Below are positions 1-8,158 of a stretch of DNA of 20,467 nucleotides, piece after piece. Source of the stretch: a bacterium (GTDB lineage Bacteria > Bdellovibrionota_C > UBA2361 > CALJRW01); NCBI GenBank assembly GCA_031385045.1, contig JANNBC010000047.1, forward strand, positions 1-20,467, given 5' to 3'. Both the position numbers and the translations under genes were made by a program. Numbering within the stretch: the stretch's first letter is position 1; every line of letters starts with the position of its first letter. Below the pieces are notes generated by a model that had not been told where the DNA came from, made no database searches, and saw only the letters and a list, made by a program, of their open reading frames with translations.

Positions 1-84
1 TTTCGATGAACCAAAATAAAGGTAATCATCATAAAATGCAGACAAATTATGCTCTTCGCAATTAGTTAAAAAAGTAGATTAATT

Positions 85-141
85 TCGATCACTTAGCTCT
101 TCGAAAACAAAATTAGTATTACGAAGGTAAGTGACATTCGA
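85..141. repeat. Imperfect bulged palindrome overlapping the 3' end of the DUF3592 ORF
   Basis: TCGA(85-88)/TCGA(138-141), TCACTTA(89-95)/TAAGTGA(128-134) and CTTCG(99-103)/CGAAG(122-126) pair. Two further hairpins lie at 5-30 (GATGA-ACC...GGT-AA-TCATC) and about 56-88. Confidence 0.6.
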
Positions 142-1331
142 GCATGGCCCCACATAAACCAAACACCCCCATTCCAGATAAGGGCAAAAATACTAACACC
201 AAAAAACTTAGTCTTACGACTCACTGCGGGAGTTAAGGCAAAATTACTACTATTATTAGAACGAAGAAGAGTGCGTGGAGGTATCCAAAAAGCTGATTCC
301 GTATTCTCCCCATTTTCTATCAAAGAATTCTTTTTAGAAGTTGATTTAAAACTTCTTAAGATGGCGTAAAATATCAATAATAGCACTAAAGGTATGAGTC
401 CAAACAACAACTGAAGCTGTGGAACTCTAGGCTCAATCACCGCATTTAAGGGTTCGCTTGAATCTACTAAGATCGAAATCTCTTTACCAACGACATACTT
501 GTTAACGATGTCACTAGACCTTTGATAATTGCTAGAACTATATTCAAAGAAAGTGATTTGATTAGAATAATAAACTACTCCATTAATTACATATTGATAA
601 ATTACATCGGGTGCATAAGTTGTACCATCATCGCTAGATGATTCTTTAATATCGCTTTTAACTACTAAAGCATTCATTTGTTTCCAGTCCTTAGCTTCAA
701 AAAGATTAGCGTATGGCCTAATGACTAAAAAGTAGCTACTGGCCGTTATCCCGGCAGCAAGCAATAACAAGAAAATGATTTTAATCTTCCAAGAGACAGG
801 ACCCAGTCGTGAAGATACTCTAGATTTTTGACTTGGTTTAAAACTTACGAAACCTCCAAACAGCCCTCCAAAGCCAATTAAAATAAAGATAGATGGAAAT
901 AATAATATTAAAAACTTAGCTGGGTTACCGCGCCTTAAAACATTGGCAATCGGATTTTTAAAATCATAGTAACAGGGTACTAGCTTTTCTGGGAGAAAAG
1001 CTCTTTTTAGAGAATAAGCTTTTTTAAAAGTAGAATAACTTTTATTTAAGTTTCCATAGATTGCCTTAGAGACTGCTCCTGGGCTTTGATATTTAATTAA
1101 TTGATAGCTGATACTAACATGAAAGGGGTTGGCTTCTGATAACTTGGTAGTAAGTTCGGAACTAATAATGCGACACTCCCCTGCTTCCCAAAAAAAGCTG
1201 CGACTTTCTTGATAGATCCCCCGGGCAATAAAAAAAAAGGCAACGGAGCCAATTAAGGCAAAGAAAGAGAAAAATATAACTAAGAAAATCTTAGTGCCTA
1301 GAGTATTTTTATTTTCGAACTCAATTTTCAT
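93..1331 (-). CDS. Tandem DUF3592-domain inner-membrane protein, probably C-terminally truncated
   Basis: Two repeats of TM, then W..(G/A)...SS beta domain, then V...Y..D..P..(A/S)V, then TM (e.g. WKQMNALVVKSDI...TYAPDVIYQYVING...ISILVDSSEPLNAVI), followed by an ALIWNG TM segment and an abrupt end. Confidence 0.75.
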   Translation of the reverse strand: MKIEFENKNTLGTKIFLVIFFSFFALIGSVAFFFIARGIYQESRSFFWEAGECRIISSELTTKLSEANPFHVSISYQLIKYQSPGAVSKAIYGNLNKSYSTFKKAYSLKRAFLPEKLVPCYYDFKNPIANVLRRGNPAKFLILLFPSIFILIGFGGLFGGFVSFKPSQKSRVSSRLGPVSWKIKIIFLLLLAAGITASSYFLVIRPYANLFEAKDWKQMNALVVKSDIKESSSDDGTTYAPDVIYQYVINGVVYYSNQITFFEYSSSNYQRSSDIVNKYVVGKEISILVDSSEPLNAVIEPRVPQLQLLFGLIPLVLLLIFYAILRSFKSTSKKNSLIENGENTESAFWIPPRTLLRSNNSSNFALTPAVSRKTKFFGVSIFALIWNGGVWFMWGHARMSLTFVILILFSKS

Positions 1332-1379
1332 GCGAGTCCCAGAATAACATTAAGCTCTAATAATTATCTAGATGTATTT

Positions 1380-2846
1380 TTACTTAAGAATTAAGTGCCA
1401 AATTTGATGGCCATTCTCACTTGCTTGTTGTACATAACCGGCATCGCTAAATATTTTCTGTGAACGCAAGTTGGCATTTAAAATTGAAGCAATCACCAGA
1501 GTAACTTTTGATTTATTCCTAAGAAAATTCTCTCCAGCAATCAATAAAGGTAAACCAAAACCACTATTATGTTTTGTCGGATCTAAGTAGATTGAAACTT
1601 TGGCAACTGTCTCGTGATAATCAAAACGTAAAACACCAAAACCTTCTTGCTTAATTTCCGCAATGAATAAATCTACTGCCTGATTATCCAGCATTTTTTG
1701 ATACCAACTAAAATGCTGTTCCTTACTAATCTCCTCTGGATTTAATGCCTGCGATCGATTCTCAAGATGATTGCGCCAATTAAACAAGGTATCAGAATCC
1801 TCTACTCCAACTTTTCGTAAATTAATTTCTAAGGCAACAATCTCGGAAGCGATCCTTTTAGCACCTCGACCATCGACTAGCTTGCGACAACGCTGATGGA
1901 GATGCTCGCGCGCCTCTGGTTGCTTAATGAGACTATTTAAAACCTTAGGAAGTTTACTAAAATCATAATCTTGTCCATTCCCTAGGTAATGAATATATCC
2001 CGCATCAGCTAAGTCCTGATTAATTTGTCGTTGATTTTCGGCGATAGTAAAAACCACACTTGGAAGGCCAATAAAAAATCTTTCCCAATGAGAAGTACCA
2101 CCAGCACCAACAGCTAATTGAGAATCCGCCATTAGATTTGCTAAGGTCGGCAAAGAAGAATGATACTTAAAATTAGCACCTTGAATTAAACTTTTGAGCG
2201 TCTGATCTGCTTTTAGATTACTACCAACTACTAAATCTACTTCCCAAGAATCCACTATTTTTTGCTGACAAGCCAACACCGAACTTTCAACTAGATCTCT
2301 CACATTACTACCACCATAGTTGATTAAAACTCGAGTAGAGCGATCTTGATAATCGGGGAGAAATAAATCTTTGGTATAGCTCTGATTAATTAAACAATAA
2401 TCAAGACCTAGTAAAAGTTTGGCCTGAGGCTGACTATCTAAATACCAAGACTGATAATTTGAACGAAAATTCTGATCAATAATTAGATTTGCTTGATGCC
2501 TACGACCCAAATCATCGATCACAACTATCAAATTACCAGCCGCTGATAGGAGCTTCTCCCAACTTGCATTTAATTGATAATGATCAACTACCACAAGCGC
2601 ATCCTTCAAACCGGAGACATTAGCTAATAAGTATTCTGCTTCCTCAACTTCAGTTTGGAAAAAAGGTACATCTAAGGTCAGAAATTCATTAGCTAGAGTT
2701 GGAAACAACTCCCGAGTTTCGGAATTGACCAAAAAAGTAGGCTCTGGATAATAGCGACGTAATCCCTCAACAAGTGTTAAGCAACGTTTTAAGTGCCCTG
2801 TGCCGATTAAGGCAGAAGAATCTGCTCTAATAAATAATTTCTTCAT
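1380..2846 (-). CDS. pseG: UDP-2,4-diacetamido-2,4,6-trideoxy-beta-L-altropyranose hydrolase (PseG/SpsG family) fused to a C-terminal GNAT acetyltransferase (PseH-like)
   Basis: IRADSSALIGTGHLKRCLTL, VVDHY, VIDD, IIDQN, LLLGLDYCLI, AGGTSHWER, AENQ and VDGRGAKRI are PseG motifs. The C-terminal LFNWRN...EQHFSW...GVLRFD...HNSGFG...NLRSQKIF is PseH-like GNAT. Confidence 0.88.
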   Translation of the reverse strand: MKKLFIRADSSALIGTGHLKRCLTLVEGLRRYYPEPTFLVNSETRELFPTLANEFLTLDVPFFQTEVEEAEYLLANVSGLKDALVVVDHYQLNASWEKLLSAAGNLIVVIDDLGRRHQANLIIDQNFRSNYQSWYLDSQPQAKLLLGLDYCLINQSYTKDLFLPDYQDRSTRVLINYGGSNVRDLVESSVLACQQKIVDSWEVDLVVGSNLKADQTLKSLIQGANFKYHSSLPTLANLMADSQLAVGAGGTSHWERFFIGLPSVVFTIAENQRQINQDLADAGYIHYLGNGQDYDFSKLPKVLNSLIKQPEAREHLHQRCRKLVDGRGAKRIASEIVALEINLRKVGVEDSDTLFNWRNHLENRSQALNPEEISKEQHFSWYQKMLDNQAVDLFIAEIKQEGFGVLRFDYHETVAKVSIYLDPTKHNSGFGLPLLIAGENFLRNKSKVTLVIASILNANLRSQKIFSDAGYVQQASENGHQIWHLILK

Positions 2847-2946
2847 TCTTGTTGGGAGTAAACATTCTGTGTAAGTTAGTTATCCATGGAAGACTCGTAA
2901 GGAGCACTTAAATCTGGGGAGTATACATAGTAAGTATACCGAGTAA

Positions 2947-2976
2947 GTGAAATTTGATAAATACAATAATTATAAT
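2947..2976 (+). promoter_or_regulatory. Possible sigma70-type promoter for the flippase-pseI unit
   Basis: GTGAAA(2947-2952), 18 bp spacer, TATAAT(2971-2976), 35 bp upstream of the ATG. The AT-rich context lowers specificity. Confidence 0.3.
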
Positions 2977-3011
2977 CCTAAAACTTTTACGCCTAAGGCG
3001 CCAATAAAAGC

Positions 3012-4247
3012 ATGCTCGCATTATTACAAAAAGCTATTTACTACACATTCTCGATTGGAACTGAAGCCTTAATCGCAGCAGCCCTTCTGCCAATCCTAAC
3101 AGCAAGACTTGTCCCAGCTGACTATGGAGTTTGGGTACTATTAATTGCCTACGTTTCCTTTTTTCGCCCACTGCTTCACCTAATGCTACCAGATGCACTA
3201 CGGATGAAATATTTTCAATATGCCACTAAAGATATTCAAGGAATTATTACCATTGGTCTCCTCCTTCCAACGGCATTTGCAACTGCAATTGTCTTTGCCA
3301 ACTTACTTAGCCAAAATTTTTTGGCAAACTCTATCGGACTGAGCGGACGCGAACTAGCACTAGTTTTAGTCTTTGCGGTACTTCACGGCTTTTATTATCT
3401 AGTACTAGCGCTTCTCCAATTTAAAGAAAAACCACGACTTTTTCTTGCTCAACAAATTATTCAAACAATTATTACGATTGGACTTACGCTAATCCTACTA
3501 CAATACGAGGCTTCTTGGACTGCTCCATTACTTGCAAGGATTACCGCTCTAATTATTAATTCGCTCTTAGGACTTCTTTGGATCAGATCAGTCTATCATC
3601 ATTTTTGGGACATAGATAGTGCCCGTAGATTATCTAAGAATGTTATCTCTACAGGACTACGCTTATTACCAGCAGGATTAGCAGTCGTAATTGTCCCCTT
3701 AAGTGATCGAATGTTAGTAACAAAATTAATTGGAGTACAAGAAACTAGCTTCCTAGGAATTGGGGCTTTGTTTAGTTTAGTTGTTTCAATTTTTGTGAGC
3801 GGACTAATTCATGCTTGGCAACCAATTCTTTACAAACAAATTAATAATGTTGAAAGTGCTGATAATATTGATTGGTACTCCAGATTATTTTTTATAGCTA
3901 TTCCAGTTCTGGGATTAATCTTAGCTTTTGTCGGAGTAACGATTGCTCCCTTAATGATGAGTTATGACTTAGCATTAATTAAACCTTACATTATTGTTTT
4001 TTCATTAGTTGCTGTAATTGATGGCTACTATCAGCATAACTATATCATCTTAAAAGGCCTCCAGAAAACTAATCTTCTAGCAATCCTCTCTGTCATATTA
4101 ATTGTCAGTAACATTGGATTTGATTTACTTTTAATTCCACTTCATGGTGGGATTGGATCTGCTTGGGGCACAGTATTAGCCTACGTGCTGATTACTATCC
4201 TATCAGGCTACTTTCTACTTAAATTTAAAAGACAAAAGAAACATTAA
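3012..4247 (+). CDS. Wzx/MOP-superfamily polysaccharide or oligosaccharide flippase
   Basis: About 12 TM segments; LLPILTARLVPADYGVW, SDRMLV and LLIPLHGGIGSAWGT are typical of Polysacc_synt/Wzx. Lies between pse genes. Confidence 0.85.
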   Translation: MLALLQKAIYYTFSIGTEALIAAALLPILTARLVPADYGVWVLLIAYVSFFRPLLHLMLPDALRMKYFQYATKDIQGIITIGLLLPTAFATAIVFANLLSQNFLANSIGLSGRELALVLVFAVLHGFYYLVLALLQFKEKPRLFLAQQIIQTIITIGLTLILLQYEASWTAPLLARITALIINSLLGLLWIRSVYHHFWDIDSARRLSKNVISTGLRLLPAGLAVVIVPLSDRMLVTKLIGVQETSFLGIGALFSLVVSIFVSGLIHAWQPILYKQINNVESADNIDWYSRLFFIAIPVLGLILAFVGVTIAPLMMSYDLALIKPYIIVFSLVAVIDGYYQHNYIILKGLQKTNLLAILSVILIVSNIGFDLLLIPLHGGIGSAWGTVLAYVLITILSGYFLLKFKRQKKH

Positions 4248-4308
4248 TTAGTAGACTGCAGTTTTAAAGTATACTAAAACCAATTGAGTTTTTCTTAATA
4301 GAATCTAG

Positions 4309-5355
4309 ATGTTAACAGTTTTCGATAGAATTAATAATGCCAAACTTCCACCAGTAGTTGTGGCTGAAGTTTCTGCAAATCATAATGGCTCAATCGATCG
4401 AGCTAAAGAAATTATTGAAGTAGCAGCTGAGGCTGGAGCTCATGCTATCAAATTACAAACCTATACTGCGGACACAATCACAATTGATTCTGATCAAAAG
4501 GACTTTGTGATTAACGATGCTAAAAGTCTTTGGAATGGTCGCAAGCTTCATGGCCTCTACCAAGAAGCGCATACCCCTTGGGAATGGCATGAAGAATTAT
4601 TCCAATTTGCTAGAACTTGTGGACTAGATATTTTCTCTACTCCTTTTGATTTTACAGCAGTGGATTTTCTAATGAAGTTTGATCCTTCCTGTTTTAAAAT
4701 TGCCTCCTTTGAAATGACTCATTGGCCACTACTAGAAAAAGTTGCTAAGACGAAAAAACCAGTTGTAATGTCTAGTGGTATGAGCACAATTGAAGAGCTT
4801 CGAGATTCAATTAAGGTACTTCGTGAAAATGGCTGCCAAGATTTGATAGTCCTAAAGTGTACTAGTGCCTACCCTGCACCTGTTGCCGAGATGAATCTAA
4901 GCGCCTTAGATACAATTGCTAATGAATTTAATATTCCTGTTGGCCTCTCTGATCATACTCTCGATCATACCTCGGCAATTGTTGCTGTTAGCCGTGGAGC
5001 CAGATTAATTGAAAAGCACTTTACGGTGAGACGTTCGGATGGTGGTCCTGATTCCGCTTTCTCCATTGAACCAAAGGAACTAGCCGAACTTGTGAAAGTC
5101 ACTGCCGAAGCTTGGGAATCTTTAGGAGATGGAGTCTTACATCCTGGAGCCAAAGAACTAGCATCTAGAGCCTTCCGCCAATCAGTTTATATTGTAAAAG
5201 ATGTCGCTGCTGGGGAACAAGTAACAGCTGAGTCAATTCGTATTATTCGACCAGGATTTGGCTTAGAGCCAAAGTTCTACAAAGAAGTTCTTGGAAAAAC
5301 TTTTACTACACCACAAAAAAGAGGAACGGCACTGACAAAAGAAATGCTTAAATAA
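4309..5355 (+). CDS. pseI: Pseudaminic acid synthase (NeuB family, C-terminal SAF/AFP-like domain)
   Basis: AEVSANHNG, AIKLQTYTADT, LYQEAHTPWEWH, FSTPFD, KIASFE, LKCTSAYP, GLSDHT, IEKHFT, GGPDSAFS and IRPGFGL. Confidence 0.92.
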   Translation: MLTVFDRINNAKLPPVVVAEVSANHNGSIDRAKEIIEVAAEAGAHAIKLQTYTADTITIDSDQKDFVINDAKSLWNGRKLHGLYQEAHTPWEWHEELFQFARTCGLDIFSTPFDFTAVDFLMKFDPSCFKIASFEMTHWPLLEKVAKTKKPVVMSSGMSTIEELRDSIKVLRENGCQDLIVLKCTSAYPAPVAEMNLSALDTIANEFNIPVGLSDHTLDHTSAIVAVSRGARLIEKHFTVRRSDGGPDSAFSIEPKELAELVKVTAEAWESLGDGVLHPGAKELASRAFRQSVYIVKDVAAGEQVTAESIRIIRPGFGLEPKFYKEVLGKTFTTPQKRGTALTKEMLK

Positions 5356-5360
5356 TCCAG

Positions 5361-7280
5361 CTAGTCGTTATAACAAGCGATAATTTCATTCACAACACTA
5401 GGATCCGCCAAAGTAGTAACATCCCCTATCTCTTTAGATTCCCCACTAGCAATCTTCCTTAATATTCGGCGCATAATTTTTCCGGAGCGAGTCTTAGGAA
5501 GTCCCGGAACAAAACAAACTCTTTCTGGTTGGGCGAATGCTCCGATTTCAGCTCGCACGGCATCCTTCACTAACTTCTCAGCATTCTCTGGCTGAAGATT
5601 TTTTAGAACACAAAAAGCAATAATTGCTTGGCCTTTAATCTCATGCTCGACTGCCACAACAGCAGCTTCAGCAATAATTCCGGAGGTTACGATTGCCGAC
5701 TCCACTTCGGCTGTACCAATTCGGTGCCCAGAAACATTAATTACATCATCAACCCGACCTGTAATCCAATAGAAGCCATCTTCGTCAAAATAGGCAGCGT
5801 CTCCAGTAAAATAAAATCCTTCGGCATCACTGAAATATGTTTGTTTAAATCGTGCGGGATCTTTATAAACAGTGCGCATTTGTCCTGGCCAACTTCCTGC
5901 AATAAAGAGTCGCCCTTTTTCCATCGGTGTTTGAATAATTTCATTATTTGGATCTAAGATTACCGGATTAACTCCAAAGAAAGGACGACTGGCCGAACCT
6001 GGCTTAGTTTCTATTGCTCCTGGAAGTGCCGAGATTAAAATTCCTCCAGTTTCAGTTTGCCACCAAGTATCCATAATCGGACATTGCCCTCGACCAACTT
6101 TTTCATAATACCAAAGCCAAGCATCCTTATTAATTGGTTCACCAACAGAACCAATCACCTTCAAGGAAGATAGATCATATTTATCTGGGCCATTAGGGGC
6201 ATCTTTGGCAACAGCTCGAATGGCAGTTGGCGCAGTATAGAAGATATTAACTTTTAATTTTTCAATTAATTGCCAATAACGTTCGGCATTCGGGTAAGTT
6301 GGAATTGATTCAAAGAGTACAGTAGTTGCGCCATTAGCAAGTGGCCCGTAGACAACATAAGAATGACCAGTAATCCAACCAATATCAGCAGCGCAACAAT
6401 AAATATCACCATCTTGATAATCAAAAACGTATTTATGAGTTACTGCAGCATATAATAAATACCCACCGGTTGTATGCACTACCCCTTTAGGCTTACCAGT
6501 TGATCCCGAAGTATAAAGAATAAATAATGGAGCCTCCGCCGACATTACTTGGCACTCTGCTTGATCCGAATAATTTTGAATTATTTCTTGATAAACTAAA
6601 TCGCGTCCTGCTTGTAAATTAAAAGCACTAGCACTTCTCTTAACCACTAAGACATGCTCCACACATTCCACTGCCTCTAGTGCTTGATCCACAATGTCTT
6701 TTAGAGGAATAACCTTATCCCCGCGAAAACCTTCGTTTGCAGTAATAACTAACTTAGCTTCCGAATCTAAGACTCGCTCCCTAATTGCCTGCGCTGAGAA
6801 ACCAGCAAAAACTACAGAGTGGATTGCACCGATTCTAGCGCAAGCCAACATTGCAAAAACGGCTTCGGGAATCATCGGTAAGTAAATAGCAATCCGATCT
6901 CCTGGCTTTATTCCCAAACTACGATAAAGATTTGCTAAACGACAAACTTCCTGATGAAGCTCCAAGTAGGTAACAGTTCGCTTCTCACCTGGCGAGTTAC
7001 CTTCCCAAATTAAAGCTGGTTGCTTGGCTCGCTGGGGTAAATGTCGATCAATACAATTATAAGAGGCATTTAACTCTGCTCCTTGAAACCATTCGATCTG
7101 CGCATTTTGAAACTTGCAGTTACTAACCTTGTCCCAACTTTTATTCCAAGTAAGAAACTCTTCCGCTAGCTTTGACCAAAATAGATCCGGGTGTTTAATA
7201 GACTCAGCATACATCTGCTGATATTGCTTCGGATTAATTAAGGCCGATTTTTTGAGTAATTTAGGAATCGGAAATTTCAT
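5361..7280 (-). CDS. acs: Acetyl-CoA synthetase (acetate--CoA ligase, AMP-forming)
   Basis: FILYTSGSTGKPKG AMP-binding loop, ADIGWITGHSY, VGEPIN, DTWWQTETGG, GRVDDVINVSGHR and PKTRSGKIMRR with the catalytic, acetylatable Lys. Confidence 0.97.
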   Translation of the reverse strand: MKFPIPKLLKKSALINPKQYQQMYAESIKHPDLFWSKLAEEFLTWNKSWDKVSNCKFQNAQIEWFQGAELNASYNCIDRHLPQRAKQPALIWEGNSPGEKRTVTYLELHQEVCRLANLYRSLGIKPGDRIAIYLPMIPEAVFAMLACARIGAIHSVVFAGFSAQAIRERVLDSEAKLVITANEGFRGDKVIPLKDIVDQALEAVECVEHVLVVKRSASAFNLQAGRDLVYQEIIQNYSDQAECQVMSAEAPLFILYTSGSTGKPKGVVHTTGGYLLYAAVTHKYVFDYQDGDIYCCAADIGWITGHSYVVYGPLANGATTVLFESIPTYPNAERYWQLIEKLKVNIFYTAPTAIRAVAKDAPNGPDKYDLSSLKVIGSVGEPINKDAWLWYYEKVGRGQCPIMDTWWQTETGGILISALPGAIETKPGSASRPFFGVNPVILDPNNEIIQTPMEKGRLFIAGSWPGQMRTVYKDPARFKQTYFSDAEGFYFTGDAAYFDEDGFYWITGRVDDVINVSGHRIGTAEVESAIVTSGIIAEAAVVAVEHEIKGQAIIAFCVLKNLQPENAEKLVKDAVRAEIGAFAQPERVCFVPGLPKTRSGKIMRRILRKIASGESKEIGDVTTLADPSVVNEIIACYND

Positions 7281-7288
7281 AGAACTCT

Positions 7289-7568
7289 CAGCTTACTAAA
7301 AAACTGACAATCTAACTAGATTTTTTATAGTCAAATGACCAAGCTTTTAAGTCATTGATAGTAATGACAAAAAAATAATTTACGTTAGTAAATTAAATAC
7401 TGTCATTACGGCTAATGCAAATCTTGGATTCTTGTCACGCCAAAGCATTTGCGGTGGCGAATATCCAAGTTTGCATAGCTAAAAACAAGATAAATAGGGA
7501 GTCCAAACAAAATCGTTAGTTTTTTATCGTAATTTATTTTTTGGACTCACTATCATTACAGCTTACTA
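7289..7568. other. Block of five consecutive hairpins flanked by a 10-bp direct repeat (candidate structured ncRNA or miniature element)
   Basis: CAGCTTACTA at 7289-7298 and 7559-7568. Stems: GTAATGACA/TGTCATTAC (7361-7409), ATGCAAA-t-CTTGGAT/ATCCAAG-TTTGCAT (7415-7476), GAGTCCAAA/TTTGGACTC (7499-7548), plus smaller ones at 7305-7333 and 7334-7356. Confidence 0.5.
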
Positions 7569-7647
7569 TAAAAAAACTTAGGTTTTTCTTTTCGATTAGG
7601 GACTTTAGTGCTAATTTATCTTCTGGACGGCATCAATCAATATTATT

Positions 7648-7656
7648 TGTTATAAT
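7648..7656 (+). promoter_or_regulatory. Extended -10 promoter (TGnTATAAT) for the downstream lipoprotein
   Basis: Perfect TGTTATAAT ending 83 bp upstream of ATG 7740. Confidence 0.5.
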
Positions 7657-7739
7657 TGATTCGCCAATCTTAGTACCAATGATAGCTTTGGCTTAATTGA
7701 AAGATACTAAAGTTAAATTAAGTTTAAATTAAAAAAATT

Positions 7740-8108
7740 ATGAAAAAAATATTACTCTTAACGATTACACTCGCACTACTTGTTGCTTGTCAAAAACCAG
7801 CAGAAGAAGGAAGACTGGAAGAAGCAGGCAAGAAAATGGACGCGGCTGTTCAAAAAATGGAAAACAAAAGTGCGGAAGCACTAGAGGCTGCCAATGAAGC
7901 TATGGATAAAGCTAAAGAAGCAACCAATGAAGCAATTGATAATGTCGGAGAAGCTGCAGAAGATGCTCAGGACGTAGCCGGCGAAGCTCTAGATAAAGCT
8001 GGCGATACTACTTTAGAAGCAATTGATGGTGGTGGCGATCCAGCAGTTGATGAAGAAGCAAATGATGAATACGAAGAAACGGTTGATGAGATTGTTGAAG
8101 TAAAATAA
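7740..8108 (+). CDS. Small acidic lipoprotein with 11-residue amphipathic repeats (LEA/apolipophorin-like)
   Basis: Signal MKKILLLTITLALLVA-C (lipobox). Ala/Glu/Asp/Lys-rich, with EA recurring every 11 aa (33-bp period at 7884, 7917, 7950, 7983, 8016). Confidence 0.8.
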   Translation: MKKILLLTITLALLVACQKPAEEGRLEEAGKKMDAAVQKMENKSAEALEAANEAMDKAKEATNEAIDNVGEAAEDAQDVAGEALDKAGDTTLEAIDGGGDPAVDEEANDEYEETVDEIVEVK

Positions 8109-8114
8109 CAATTT

Positions 8115-8150
8115 AAAAAAACCAGCGAGGTGCATAGCTTATGCACCTCG
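8115..8150 (-). terminator. Intrinsic terminator between convergent genes (possibly bidirectional)
   Basis: Perfect 11-bp stem CGAGGTGCATA(8126-8136)-GCT-TATGCACCTCG(8140-8150). A7 at 8115-8121 gives a U-tract on the minus strand. Confidence 0.8.
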
Positions 8151-8158
8151 ACACTTAA

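Noticed and set aside
1230..1238. A9 homopolymer (T9 on the coding strand) as a phase-variation tract
   Set aside because: It encodes FFF in a TM helix, the frame is intact, and such runs are common at this AT content.
4965..6885. Short ORFs 4965-5153, 5628-5957, 5741-5944 and 6694-6885
   Set aside because: Antisense or out-of-frame shadows lying wholly inside pseI and acs, with no recognisable motifs.
7289..7568. Hairpin block as a CRISPR array or canonical integron attC array
   Set aside because: The hairpins do not share a repeated sequence, lack RYYYAAC/GTTRRRY boxes at the stem ends, and there is no integrase or cassette ORF between them.
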